This document shows positions 44,550 to 55,544 of a DNA stretch of 64,000 nt, piece after piece. Position numbers and translations under genes: made by a program. This DNA comes from an uncultured Planctomycetota bacterium (GTDB lineage: Bacteria > Planctomycetota > Planctomycetia > Isosphaerales > Isosphaeraceae). Each line of letters begins with the position of its first letter. Position 1 is the stretch's first letter. Below the pieces are notes generated by a model that worked only from the letters and a program-made list of their open reading frames with translations, did no database searches and was not told the origin of the DNA. The DNA lies in contig CAWGMQ010000007.1 of the NCBI GenBank assembly GCA_963823665.1, positions 800,001 through 864,000 of the forward strand, given 5' to 3'.

Positions 44550-46028
44550 TCAGGCCAGAAGCTTCGTGACCACGTTACCGGCAACGTCCGTCAGCCGGAA
44601 GTCCCGGCCCTGGAACCGGAATGTCAGCTTCGTGTGTTCCAGGCCGAGCAGGTGCAGGATCGTGGCCTGGACGTCGTGGATGTGAACGCGGTCGGAGACT
44701 GGGGCGAAACCGAACTCGTCGGTCTCACCCAGGGTGAAACCTGCTTTCACGCCGCCGCCGGCCATCCACATCGTCATCGCGTCGATATGATGGTTGCGGC
44801 CCACCGTTTCGCGAATTTCGCCCATGGGGGTGCGTCCGAATTCGCCGCCCCAGACCACCAGCGTGTTTTCGAGCAGGCCGCGAGATTTCAAGTCCTTGAT
44901 CAGGGCCGCACAGGGCTGATCGATGTCGCGGCAGACCTGGTCCAGGTCGCGCGTCAGCGTCTGGCCGGGAACGCCGTGGTGGTCCCAGTCGGTGTGATAG
45001 AGCTGCACAAATCGCACGCCGCGCTCGACCAGACGGCGGGCGAGCAGGCAGTTGTTGGCAAACGACGCCCTGCCGGGGACCGCGCCGTAGAGATTGAGCG
45101 TCGCGGGTGTCTCCGAGGCGAGGTCGATCAGTTCCGGAGCACTCGTCTGCATCCGCGCTGCGATCTCGTAGGCTGTGATCCGCGTGGCGATCTCAGGATC
45201 GGCCGTCGCATCCAGGCGGGCCTGGTTGAGCGCGACCACCGCGTCGATCGCGCGCCGCTGCTGCGCCGTTGAAATTCCAGGCGGCGTGCTCAGGTTCAAG
45301 ATCGGCTCGCCCCCGCTCCGCAGCGGCACGCCCTGATAGGAAGAGGGCAGGAAACCGCTTCCCCAGTTGACGGCCCCGCCGCGCGGCCCGCGCGAGCCCG
45401 ACTGCAACACCACGAAGCCGGGCAGATCGGCCGACTCGCTGCCGATACCGTAAGTAACCCAGGCGCCCATACTCGGCCGCCCGAACTGCGCTGTGCCGGT
45501 ATTGGCGAAAAGCTTGGCCGGCGCATGATTGAAGACGTCGGTCGCTGCCGATTTCACGATTGCCAGGTCGTCGACAACTTCAGTCATGTGCGGCAAGAGA
45601 TTCGAAACCCACGCACCCGATCCACCGTGCCGGGCGAACGAACGATAAGTTCCCAGCAACCTGGGATGCTCTTTCGTGAACATATCCATGAACGCGAATC
45701 GACGGCCCTGTATGAACGAGTCCGGAATCGGCTGGCCGCTAAATTTCTGAAGCTCCGGCTTGAAGTCGAACAGCTCGAGCTGGCTGGGGCCGCCGGCCAT
45801 GAACAGGTAAATCACGCTCTTCGCCCGCGCCGGGAAATGCCCGGGCCTGGGCGCGAGCGGGTCGCGACTGCGCTCGGCGGCCGACGCCGGCCGGTCGCCG
45901 GCCAAGAGTGTGGATAAAGCAGCCGCGCCCAGCCCAAGGCCACACTCCGCGAAAAAGTGGCGGCGTGTTTTATGATGCAACGCGCGGGCAAGCATCTCTT
46001 CGGCGTTCAAACGGGCGGCCATGGTCAA
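44550..46028 (-). CDS. DUF1501 family protein (Tat-like signal)
   Basis: 'TRRHFF', 'AKSVIYLFMAGGPSQLELFD.KP', 'GRPSMGAW..YG.GS', 'CLLARRLVERGVRFVQ', 'GGEFGRTP'. Confidence 0.93.
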   Translation of the reverse strand: MTMAARLNAEEMLARALHHKTRRHFFAECGLGLGAAALSTLLAGDRPASAAERSRDPLAPRPGHFPARAKSVIYLFMAGGPSQLELFDFKPELQKFSGQPIPDSFIQGRRFAFMDMFTKEHPRLLGTYRSFARHGGSGAWVSNLLPHMTEVVDDLAIVKSAATDVFNHAPAKLFANTGTAQFGRPSMGAWVTYGIGSESADLPGFVVLQSGSRGPRGGAVNWGSGFLPSSYQGVPLRSGGEPILNLSTPPGISTAQQRRAIDAVVALNQARLDATADPEIATRITAYEIAARMQTSAPELIDLASETPATLNLYGAVPGRASFANNCLLARRLVERGVRFVQLYHTDWDHHGVPGQTLTRDLDQVCRDIDQPCAALIKDLKSRGLLENTLVVWGGEFGRTPMGEIRETVGRNHHIDAMTMWMAGGGVKAGFTLGETDEFGFAPVSDRVHIHDVQATILHLLGLEHTKLTFRFQGRDFRLTDVAGNVVTKLLA

Positions 46029-46040
46029 TGACCCTCTTCC

Positions 46041-48567
46041 TTACTCACGCGTGACGAATTCATCAAGATTGAGCAGGACCCGGGCCACCGTGACCCACGG
46101 GGATTTGTCCGACGACGGGCCTGCGCCGGGTGCACTCACCTGGGGGTCCGTTTTCAGCTCGTTGCGCTCCTGCGCAAGCACATTCTCGAGAGTTTTGAGC
46201 TCACCCGCGGAGGCAGGGCGGCCCAGGCAGAGCAAGAAGCGCTCGCTCGAGGCGATCGCGGTCCGTGGCGGGGGCCGGCCGTTCGGCAAGGATGCGCGCG
46301 GCCAGAGCCTGGGCGATCTCGACTGATGCCGGGTCGTTCAGAAGCGTCAGCGCCTGGAGCGGCGTGTTGGATCGCAATCGCCGCGTGCACGACTGCACGC
46401 CGCCGGGAGCGTCGAAGGTCGTCAGGAACGGATGGGGCGTGGCGCGCCAGAAGTAGGTGTAAAGTCCGCGACGAAAGCGGTTCGGGCCGATGTCCGCCAC
46501 CCAGGGACGCTTCATCTGGCCCAGGGTCATCACTCCTTCGGGCTGGGGCGGGAAGACACTCGGGCCGCCAATCTTTGTCGTGAGCAGACCGCTGCACTGT
46601 AACGCCGCGTCTCGAATCAGCTCGGCATCCAGCCGCAGCCGCGATTGCCGCCAGAGCAAGCGGTTGTCGGGATCGACCGCGTGCGCGCCCTTCCGGTGGC
46701 GCGACGACTGGCGATAGGTCGCCGAGCCCACGATCAGCTTGTGGATCCGCTTTTCGTTCCAGCCGCAATCCATCAGCTCGCAAGCGAGCCAATCGAGCAG
46801 CTCGGGATGGCTGGGGTAAGAGCCCTGGGTGCCGAAATCGTTATCGGTCTCCACGAGCCCGCGCCCGAAGTAGACCTGCCAGATCCGGTTGACCACCACA
46901 CGGGCCGTGAGCGGGTTGCGGCGATCGACGAGCCAGCGTGCCAGGTCGAGACGGTCAGGAGGCGTCCCCGGACTCTCGTTCACGAGAGGGGGCAACACAC
47001 GCGGCGCGCCCGGGTCGACGCGGTCGCCCTTGCGCGTGAAGTCGCCTCCCAGGTGGATGTGGGTGGGCCGCGGGGTCCCCTTGTGCTCGCTCACCACCAT
47101 CGTCTTGACGAACTTGGGCTCGGCGGCGCGGAGCTTCACAAGCGATTCAAATTCGGGCCGAAACACGCTGTCTTGCGCCATCAATAGCTCGATGAGCGCA
47201 CTTCGCTGTGCCGTCGACCGCTTTTCGCGCGGCAAATCGAATGCGACCCGCACGTCGGGATCCTGCGCCTGAGTGAACTCGAGTTTGAGCGTCTTCTCCC
47301 AGTTCCGCTCGCGCTCATCCAGGTCGGGGTATTTCCTGGCGAGCACACGATGGAGCTCGTTGATCTGAGCGCGCACCTTGCGCCGGGCTTCGATCTGGCG
47401 CGGACTGGCAAGCTCGAGCTCGGGCTCATCGACATTGTTGAAGAACGCGAAGAGCTGATAATACTCGCGCTGCGATATCGGGTCGTACTTATGATCGTGG
47501 CACTGGGCGCAGCCGACCGTGAGGCCGAGGAAGACCGTACCGGTGGTGTTGACGCGATCGACGATCGAATCGACCCGGAACTGCTCGACGTCGATCCCCC
47601 CCTCCTGGTTGATCAGCGTATTTCGATGAAACCCCGTGGCGATGCGCGGGGCGAAGGCGTCGCCCGGGCAGAGGTCGCCGGCAAGCTGCTCAGTGGCGAA
47701 CCGGTCGAACGGCATGCCGGCATTGATGGCCACGATGACCCAGTCGCGATACTTCCAGATCGAGCGGGGAGCGTCGATGCTGTATCCGTTGGAATCAGCG
47801 TACCGCGCCTGATCGAGCCAGAGCCGCGCCCAGCGCTCGCCGAAGTGAGGCGACTCGAGCAGCCTGTCCACGACTCGCTCGGCCGCACCCGGCGCAGTGT
47901 CGCTCACAAAGGCGTCGACTTCGTCGGGCGAGGGGGGCAAGCCGGTCAAGTCGAGGCTGAGCCTGCGGAGCAAGGTCCGCCGATCGGCTTCGGGCGAGGG
48001 CCGAAGGTGAGCTTCTTCGAGGCGCGACTGAATGAAGGAATCAATGGGGTTGCGAGACCAGCCGGTGCGAGAGAATTTCGGCAATGCCGGATTCGCGGGC
48101 GGCACGAACGCCCAGTGCACCTTGGCCGGCGGCACGCCCGGTTTTTCGCCGGGCTGGGCCTTCGCCCCCTGGTCGATCCAGGCTTCGATGAGCTTGATCT
48201 CGGCCTCCGGTAGCGGCGGCCGGTTGAGGGGCATCCGATCGCCCGCCCCGTCGCCCCTCAGGGCTTCAATCAGTGGGCTCGAAGCGCCTTTGCCGGGCAA
48301 GACCACCGGCCCGCCCTTGCCGCCGGTCATCGCCGCTGCGGCCGTGTCCAGTCGCAGTCCGCCGCGCGGCTTGGCCGCGCCGTGGCAGCTCACGCAATGA
48401 CGGGTCAAGATCGGCTTGATCTGGCTCGTGTAATCAATCGATTTCGGCGGGGATGACGACGGCCCGTCGCCGGCTTTCGCAGCGAGTGCGAAATAAGCGG
48501 CAAAGAGCGCCGGAGCGAGCGAGACCACGGTGAAAAACGCCCCGATTCGAGGGTGCAACTTGCCCAT
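46041..48567 (-). CDS. Planctomycete cytochrome c + DUF1549/DUF1553 (PSD1) protein; frameshift at ~46240
   Basis: 'CVSCHG', 'HWAF', 'LRRLSLDLTGLPP', 'CAQCHDHKYDP', 'PSHPELLDWLA', 'SNTPLQAL.LLN'; end 'VARVLLNLDEFVTRE' lies in another frame. Confidence 0.92.
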
Positions 48568-48809
48568 TCGAGGAATCGCCGGCGGTGGTGAGGAAAGAAA
48601 TCGGCGTGAGGGATATTCGGCTGGATCAAGAGTCCCAGCCGCGCAGGATCGCAGAACACCTATCAAGATACCGCAATCGACCGACAATAAGCCAGCACTT
48701 TCGTGGAAACGCCGCTCGGAGCCGAGCCCGCGAACGGGTCTGACTCTCGGGCGAAGATCGACCGATGGGGCTTCCCGGTCGCAGCGTGATACATAAGTCG
48801 TATCCAACA

Positions 48810-49511
48810 TCACGAGCTCGGAACGACGCATGTGCTGCTCCGCGTTCCGCCCGCGCTCGAGTCGCTCGCAGCGCCAATACGCTGCTCAATCATCTCAATC
48901 ATCTCCTCCACTTCAAGAATGCGCTCTTCCAGGTCCGAGAACTTGGAACCCGCGATAAGGTCCGAGAAAACGGCCCGGGCTGCCTTCAACCGGACCGCTT
49001 CGGAGTCGCTTTCGACCGCAATCCTGACGATGATTTCCGCCGCCCGTGCCGTGTTCGGCGTCATTCGGCCGAGGGCCCGACTCATCAGACGCCGGCGACA
49101 ATTCGCGACCTCCTTGCGAACCTCCGGCTCACGTGCCCACCGCTGGGCCGTCCGCTCGGCGACCCCGTTCTTCCGCGCCCACGCCGCGACAGATTGGCCG
49201 CGCGCGATAGCAACTCCAAGCGAGGATTTCTTTTCTTCCATCTCGGAAGCTACTTCATGCATTTCGGCCGTGTTCCGCCACGACGGCTGGGTGGTCTCCA
49301 GGTACGGCCCGTCCGTGATGGGCACCCTACCATCGGGCTTCGCCCGCAGCGACTTCGCGCTGCGAGCCGGGTGCAGGCCGCCCGCGAAAACCCTGACACC
49401 AGCAGCAATCATCTCTTCGTTGAGCACGTCGATATCGCGCTCCATCTCTTCGTCCTCTGCGATGGCTGGGTCGTAATCGTCGGGGTGGTGAATAGCAACC
49501 AAATACTGCAT
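48810..49511 (-). CDS. In-frame chimera of a truncated YciI/YCII-like N-terminus and an HTH-like helical protein
   Basis: 'MQYLVAIH...LNEEMIAAGVRVFAGGL.P...ITDGPYLET' stops before the usual second half, then 'AIARGQSVAAWARKNGVAERTAQRWA.EPEV...SEAVRLKAARA' (own ATG possible at 49241). Confidence 0.6.
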   Translation of the reverse strand: MQYLVAIHHPDDYDPAIAEDEEMERDIDVLNEEMIAAGVRVFAGGLHPARSAKSLRAKPDGRVPITDGPYLETTQPSWRNTAEMHEVASEMEEKKSSLGVAIARGQSVAAWARKNGVAERTAQRWAREPEVRKEVANCRRRLMSRALGRMTPNTARAAEIIVRIAVESDSEAVRLKAARAVFSDLIAGSKFSDLEERILEVEEMIEMIEQRIGAASDSSAGGTRSSTCVVPSS

Positions 49512-49652
49512 GATGAGTTCTCCAATGACGGTCTTCGAGTGGCCCGTTACTCTGACTTCACCATGTTAGACGAATGGCCGGACCGGAATTCGACAACCCG
49601 ATTATACTTGTGATCTGCCGCGGCGGTAGCCTGGGCAGCAGGAGGGGAAACT

Positions 49653-50474
49653 GTGGAGCCAAAGCTTGCCGCGGGCATGTTTTACGGGAAAACACAACGT
49701 CAGCGCCGCGTTCTTGGCCTCGGACTAGCGGAATCTCTGTACTCACCGTCTTTCACTATTCCCAGGCACTCCCACGAGTCGGCCTACTTCGGGCTGGTCT
49801 TGCAAGGGAACTATCTCGAAACCTACGACGGCCGGACACGCGAGTGCGGGCCTTCTACGCTGCTGTTTCACCCCGCCGGAGAACTCCATGCCGAGCGCCA
49901 CGACGACGTGCTCGTGCGCATCTTCAGCATCGAACTCTCACCGGCGTGGCGTGACCGCCTGCCCGAGCACGCTGCCGCCCTGCGTACTCCCGGCTGCTTC
50001 CGATCGGGGGCGTTCGTCCGGCTAGCGCTCAGACTGTACGAAGAGTTCCAGACAAACGACCCGGTGGCGCCCCTGGCGATCGAGGGCTTGATGCTGGAAC
50101 TCCTGGCGGAAACGTGCCGGGAGTGTGGACGTTCCGACGATTCACGTGCGCCGCGCTGGCTGAGCCAGGTGCGAGACTTCCTGACAGAGCAGTGCACGGC
50201 GAGCCTATCCTTGGTGCAGATCGCCAGCTCGGTGAACGTTCATCCCACTCATCTGTGCCGTGCCTTTCGCCAGCATTACAACTGCACCCCCGGCGATTTC
50301 GTTCGTCAGTTGCGGATCGAACGCGCACGGCACTACCTCGCGGAGTCCGACACCCCGCTGGCCGAAATCGCTCTCCGGGTCGGGTACAGCGACCAGAGCC
50401 ACTTCACGACAGCGTTCAAGCGCCTGACCGGCCTCACGCCGTCTCAGTTCCGCAAGACAAGCCGAGATCGCTAA
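49653..50474 (+). CDS. AraC family transcriptional regulator
   Basis: Cupin 'PRHSHE..YF.LVLQG.Y.E'; 'VHPTHLCRAFRQ', 'LAEIALRVGYSDQSHFT.AFKR.TG.TP'. Confidence 0.93.
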   Translation: MEPKLAAGMFYGKTQRQRRVLGLGLAESLYSPSFTIPRHSHESAYFGLVLQGNYLETYDGRTRECGPSTLLFHPAGELHAERHDDVLVRIFSIELSPAWRDRLPEHAAALRTPGCFRSGAFVRLALRLYEEFQTNDPVAPLAIEGLMLELLAETCRECGRSDDSRAPRWLSQVRDFLTEQCTASLSLVQIASSVNVHPTHLCRAFRQHYNCTPGDFVRQLRIERARHYLAESDTPLAEIALRVGYSDQSHFTTAFKRLTGLTPSQFRKTSRDR

Positions 50475-50504
50475 TCGAACGCAAGTCGCTAATCCCAGAC
50501 AAGA
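50467..50504 (+). promoter_or_regulatory. Tandem direct repeat TCGCTAATC-N5-CAAG, putative AraC-type operator (copy 1)
   Basis: ATCGCTAATCGAACGCAAG TCGCTAATCCCAGACAAGAC; recurs at 51369-51407. Confidence 0.55.
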
Positions 50505-50606
50505 CGCGGACGTCGGTTCGCGTGGAAACTGGGCTCGTAGGCGGACCCACCACCTCTCGGCCTGGTGGCCGGCTCGGCAGCGTCGGCGCAAACGGAGGCT
50601 TTACCG

Positions 50607-51313
50607 ATGCTGAACATTCGATGCGCCGCGGCGGCGCTATTCTGCTTCACGTCGCTAGCGTTACTGCCCCAGGACAAGACACCGTCACCTTCGAGTCGGC
50701 CGGCCCAGAACCAGCCAGCGCTCGAGTTGCCGGATACCCCAGCAAGCAAGCGACTCGCCGACTTTCTGAAGGCGTTCAACTCTGGCCGAACCGAATCGCT
50801 GCGGCAGTTTTTCACGACTATGATTACATCCGGGAGCACGTCTACGGTCCGGCAGGCATGACGAATTCCGACAGCTACGATCTCGATTCTGACGTGCCGA
50901 ACCTGGCAGCGGGCTACATTGACGGCCCCAACGGAACGCGCCGCAACAATGTCTTCACCCAACCCGTCAAGGGCCTGCCGTATGGCCTCGGATACTCGAC
51001 GGTGGGGGATCTGCTGAAGTTTGGCGACGCGCTTCGCAACCACCGACTGCTCAACGCAAAATCGATCGCCATCATCTGGAAGCGTAAAACCGACCACCTC
51101 CGGGGTAGCCAACGGTACGGCTACGGCTTCTTTATCAGCCGATACAACGGCGCTCGCGCTGTGGGACATGGCGGCGGGTGCGCCGGCGCCACGAACCAGA
51201 TGGATATGTTCCCCGACCTCGGCTACACGTACATAGTCCTGTCGAATTACGATGCCGACACTCCGGCCATCTCGTTCAAGCTTCGGGAATGGATAATCCA
51301 AGGTCATCAGTGA
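50607..51313 (+). pseudogene. Internally deleted serine hydrolase / beta-lactamase-family gene
   Basis: Signal peptide and 'LPDTPA.KRL..FL.AFNSG' jump (frame change ~50815) to 'YIREHVY.PAGM', 'YSTVGDLLKF..AL', 'YGYGF', 'GHGGG'. The SxxK and YxN region is absent. Confidence 0.75.
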
Positions 51314-51368
51314 CTGACACTCCGCCTGGCTGGCCTCACCCCCTCCCGATTCCGCAAGATGAGCCGAA

Positions 51369-51407
51369 ATCGCTAATCGCACGCAAGTCGTTAATCTCGG
51401 GCAAGAC
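51369..51407 (+). promoter_or_regulatory. Second copy of the putative AraC operator
   Basis: ATCGCTAATCGCACGCAAG TCGTTAATCTCGGGCAAGAC. Confidence 0.55.
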
Positions 51408-51508
51408 CCGACTGCGACCCTCGCGTAAAGTTACCGCGTAACTGGACCAGATGCACGCCGGCCCGGCGGCGGGTCCAGGAGGCCTGAACGCGAACGGAGA
51501 TCCTTCAA

Positions 51509-52279
51509 ATGCTGAACTTCCGTGGTGTCGCCGTCGCTACTCTTTTCTTGTCGTTTGTCACGCTGCCGGTTTCCGCACAGGAGCCGGGGCGTAAGCTGTC
51601 TAACGCGGCCACTGGTCGCCACCGTCTCTCCATGGTGGGAATGGTCGCGCCGGCCGACGAGGGCTCGTCGTACCAGTATGTCGATCTCGGGCCGAAGGGG
51701 AACCAGGCACTCGGGCAGGACATCGGGGTTGAGGGGAACAACCTGAAGGAGGTCCCGCAGGGCAAGCACGATTTCGCGGGGACGAAGTTCAAGGTCGGCG
51801 AAAAGATGGTCCACGTCCGGGGGGCGAGCAAGCCCGAGTTGCCCGAGAAGGTCGAGGGGATCAAGGTCGGCGCCAGGTTCGACAAGCTTCACATCCTCCA
51901 GTCCACGGAGTTCGGCGAAATGTCCGGCAAAGTCGAGGACGGCATTGCGATTGGCGCTTACGTCGTCCATTACGCCGACAAGACCGAAGAGACGATCCGC
52001 ATCGTCTACGGCGAGGACGTGCGCGACTGGTGGGACTCGATGATGGACCAGAACAAGCTAAAGAGGGCCAAAGTCGCCTGGCGGGGCAAGAACAACTGCT
52101 CGGCGGAGAACGGCTACGAGATCCGGCTGTTTTCCGAGGCCTGGACCAACCCCCACCCTGACAAGATGGTCGCCACCATCGACGTCGTCTCGAAGAAGAC
52201 TGCGTGCGCGCCGTTCCTCGTCGCATTGACGCTCGAGACCAAGAGGAAGCGAGTCCCGCCGCGTGGGCCGGTCCGATGA
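51509..52279 (+). CDS. Hypothetical exported protein (beta-sandwich-like)
   Basis: Signal 'MLNFRG...LPVSA|Q'; 'KLHILQ', 'YVVHYAD...IRIVYGEDVRDWW', 'WTNPHPD..V.TID', 'PFLVALTLE'. Confidence 0.75.
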   Translation: MLNFRGVAVATLFLSFVTLPVSAQEPGRKLSNAATGRHRLSMVGMVAPADEGSSYQYVDLGPKGNQALGQDIGVEGNNLKEVPQGKHDFAGTKFKVGEKMVHVRGASKPELPEKVEGIKVGARFDKLHILQSTEFGEMSGKVEDGIAIGAYVVHYADKTEETIRIVYGEDVRDWWDSMMDQNKLKRAKVAWRGKNNCSAENGYEIRLFSEAWTNPHPDKMVATIDVVSKKTACAPFLVALTLETKRKRVPPRGPVR

Positions 52280-52568
52280 CGCGATGCCGACTCTGACGCC
52301 GCTGGCCGGCCTCAATTCCAATCGAATTCCGCGTCTGCCGCTGCGACCAGGGCTCGCAAGTGCGCGAGCGAGCCGCTTACTTACCGAAACGCGACCTGCG
52401 CGGCCGCCTTGCCCTGAAACCAGCGCCGTGACCAACGCGGCGCAGCGCGCACAAGCGAACTCGATCGACCTGCCGCTGCTTGAACCTGTGACCGAAGTCG
52501 CGCACCGTGTGCACCAGCCCGACTCGTTGGGTTTGCGACGACGCGTCCTATCTTTGCGATGAACGTTT

Positions 52569-54764
52569 CTATCGAGAAAGCGCGGATTCATCATCCCGCG
52601 GCAAAGCGGCGAAGAGGTCGGCCAGCGCCGGCTCGTAGTTCTTCCAGCGCGCCACCGACCGCTGATAAACTGGCTGCCGAACCTGCATGACGCTGGCGGT
52701 GCGAATGGGGCGCTCGGTGCGATGGAATTCGAGGCACGCCGGCTCCCACGAGAGCCCGCACGCGTCGATCATCCGGCGAGCGGTTGACTCCAGGTCGGTG
52801 ACGGTGTCTTCGTAGTTCACGTCCAGAATCGGAATGGGCAAGACTTTCTTCCAGTGGCTCATCACGCGGTGGTACTGGAGGAACCGCGCGGCGATGTTTT
52901 CCTGGGCGTTCGACCAGCGGATGCTGCGGAAATCGGTCATCCAGCACGAAACCGCGATGTCACGCAGGTCGCGGCGGCAGTGGATGAACGTGGCGCGGGG
53001 AAACATGATTGCGAGTAGCCCGATATACATGTAATTGTCCGGCATCTTGTCGACGACGCGGCTCGACCGGCCGCCGTCGATCGCGGCCAGGCGGTCCAGA
53101 TGGGTCTCCGACAGGCGCAAGATCGCCGGGTGGTCGAGGAATGTGACGCAGTCGCGCGGGGCGGCCGAGCGGCCGAGCACGCCGGGTATCCCCTCGAACG
53201 ACCGGCGGGCCAGCCGCAGCTCGCCGGCGCCGTGGACCTGCGAGTGGCTGGCGAGCACCTGCTCGACGAGTGTCGTGCCCGAGCGCGGCAGGCCAAAGAC
53301 GAATACCGGTTTGCGCGACGGCGAGCCGGCGCCCGCGAGCCGGGCGAACAATTCCGTGTCGAAAGACCGGATCAGACCGTCGACGAAACGCTCGTGATCG
53401 GCCGGCGCGTAATCCTTGCGGAGCCGGTTGGTCTCGAGCGTCAGTGCGTTGCTCTCGCGGAGGCATTCGCCTGCCCGCGCGTACTCGCCCTTGCCATCCA
53501 GGGCATGGGCCAGCGCGAAGAGCAGCCGGGCACGCGGGTTCTCGGCGAGCTTTTCATCCTTCAAACGCTCTTCCAGCGCCGCCAGGTCGGATTCGGGCAG
53601 CTTGGAGCGAAGCAAGGTCGCCAGCCGGGCATGCGGCAGCGCGTAAGTGGGCTGTTTCTCGAGCGCGGTGCGGAACGAAGCTTCGGCCGCAGCCATGTCG
53701 CCCAGCTCTTCCTGCAAACCGCCCAGGTTCAGATATGCGGCGGCAAAATCCGGCTGAAGCTGGATGGCGGCATCGTAATGCTCGCGAGCCTCCGTGAACC
53801 GCGATTCATCCTGCATCGCCCAGCCCAGGGAGAGATGCGCCGATGCCCGATCCGGATCAAGCGCAACGACTCGCTCCCAGCAGGGAATCGACTCGGCCGA
53901 CTCTTCCATCTCGTCGTGCAGCTCGGCCAGCCACTGCCAGAACTCGACGTTGGCGGGCTCGAGGTCGACCGCCTTCTTCAGCCACACCAGAGCATCGCTG
54001 AGTTGGCCTTCCTTCTGCAGCACCAGCCCGAGATGGGCGTTCGACAGCGCCAGCTTCGGGTCGAGCCGCAGCGCTTCGAGGTAGGAAACCTTCGCATCGA
54101 CCAGGCGTTCGAGCACACGAAACGTATTGCCCAGGTTGTGGTGCAGCACCGCCGAGTTCGGGTCGAGGCGAACCGCCTCCTGGCTGTGCGGTAGAGCCTC
54201 GTCGGCCTGGCCCAGATCGAGCAGCGTCTGCCCCAGGTTCGTCTGGGCCGGAGCGAAGGTGACATCGAGCTCAACGGCCTTGCGGAAATGCTCGAGTGCC
54301 TCTTCCTTGCGGCCGAGGTCACGCAGCGCGATTCCCAGGTTGCTATGGGCGACCACGAAACCCGGGCGCAGCTCGAGAGCGCGGTTGAGATGATCGACCG
54401 CCTCGGCGCTCTTGCCCAGACCTTGCAGGGCTGCGCCCAGGTTGCAAAGAGCCTCGGGATAATCGGCCCAGATCGACAGTGCGGCACGGCAGCAGCCGGC
54501 GGCACGCTCGAAGTCACCGAGCGCGCGATAGGCCTCTGCCAGATTCGCGTGGTAAATATGGGAGTTGGGCTTGATCGCCACCGCCCGGCCGATCAGCTCG
54601 ATTGCGCGGGTGTGATTGCCCTGTTGATGGTGCAAAACCCCCAGAAGATGAAGCGCCTCGGCGTTCTCCTGCTCGCGCGCCAGCACCCGCTGATACAACT
54701 GAGAGGCGGCTCCCAGTTGACCCGAACGATGCATTTCGATCGCGGCTGTCAGCACATCTTGCAT
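52569..54764 (-). CDS. TPR-containing sulfotransferase family protein
   Basis: ~11 TPRs then 'PVFVFGLPRSGTTLVEQVLASH', 'DKMPDN', 'RDLRD.AVSC', 'YEDTV.D', 'TASVMQVRQPVY'. Confidence 0.93.
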   Translation of the reverse strand: MQDVLTAAIEMHRSGQLGAASQLYQRVLAREQENAEALHLLGVLHHQQGNHTRAIELIGRAVAIKPNSHIYHANLAEAYRALGDFERAAGCCRAALSIWADYPEALCNLGAALQGLGKSAEAVDHLNRALELRPGFVVAHSNLGIALRDLGRKEEALEHFRKAVELDVTFAPAQTNLGQTLLDLGQADEALPHSQEAVRLDPNSAVLHHNLGNTFRVLERLVDAKVSYLEALRLDPKLALSNAHLGLVLQKEGQLSDALVWLKKAVDLEPANVEFWQWLAELHDEMEESAESIPCWERVVALDPDRASAHLSLGWAMQDESRFTEAREHYDAAIQLQPDFAAAYLNLGGLQEELGDMAAAEASFRTALEKQPTYALPHARLATLLRSKLPESDLAALEERLKDEKLAENPRARLLFALAHALDGKGEYARAGECLRESNALTLETNRLRKDYAPADHERFVDGLIRSFDTELFARLAGAGSPSRKPVFVFGLPRSGTTLVEQVLASHSQVHGAGELRLARRSFEGIPGVLGRSAAPRDCVTFLDHPAILRLSETHLDRLAAIDGGRSSRVVDKMPDNYMYIGLLAIMFPRATFIHCRRDLRDIAVSCWMTDFRSIRWSNAQENIAARFLQYHRVMSHWKKVLPIPILDVNYEDTVTDLESTARRMIDACGLSWEPACLEFHRTERPIRTASVMQVRQPVYQRSVARWKNYEPALADLFAALPRDDESALSR

Positions 54765-54911
54765 GGCAGAGAAACCATCTCAGGAAACCCAAGTTTGCAC
54801 CGGTGCGACACGACCGCGCCGATTGCGCTGCCGCATCGCGGCGACAGCATTCTCGGAAATAACTCCTCTCAATCTATCACGGTCGTGAGCGGCCGGCCAA
54901 CGTGTGCTCGT

Positions 54912-55414
54912 TCAGTTCTGATCGATCCAGTTGATCGCGTTCGAACCCCACGGCAGCGCGCGCGGGCGGCGCGGACCGTAGTAATAGTTGGCCTCGGTGG
55001 GATAGCGTACGCTCGAAAGGACGGGAAGATTGGGATTGGAAAACGAAATCGCCTCGCTGACAGTGGTTTGGCCATCGTAGCCGCGAACGTAGGTCAAGAC
55101 GGGGGCGGTCATTGTTCGGAACGGCGACAACGGGCCGTACAGCGAGAGGGTTTGATCACCGTAGATCTGGAGCGGAGAATAGCCGGCACCGATCGGGGAA
55201 TTACCTTGCACCGTGATCACGGGCGTGGGATAGAACGTTCCCAGGGTTGAAGCTCTCCGAGGCGCAGCACATGGTTGCATACCGCTGGGCGCGGCAACCC
55301 TCCGCGTCCGCCGCGGCGGTGGACCTGCCCAGGCGAACCCCGCGACAAGCTGGAGCTCGAGCACGGCCAAGCTGAAAACAAGCATGCGCGCGCAGCGCGG
55401 GTACCGCGAGTCAT
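54912..55414 (-). CDS. Hypothetical exported protein (start uncertain: 55385, or 55414 with a frameshift)
   Basis: Hydrophobic N-terminus followed by a Tyr/Pro-rich domain 'LGTFYPTP...GYSPL..YGD..LSLYGPLS'. Confidence 0.6.
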
Positions 55415-55544
55415 GGGTGTGCCTCAAAGGATGCCGGAGCCGGGCAGTAACGAGATCGGCCGTGGAAGCGGAGTCTCGGCTGCTGTTTGTCTCTTCTTGA
55501 GGAAATCTACCCGATAAATCGCGACCCTGTACCAAATCCGTGAA

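Noticed and set aside
50114..51313. 399-aa beta-lactamase as a resistance gene
   Set aside because: The first half overlaps araC out of frame and the catalytic SxxK region is deleted.
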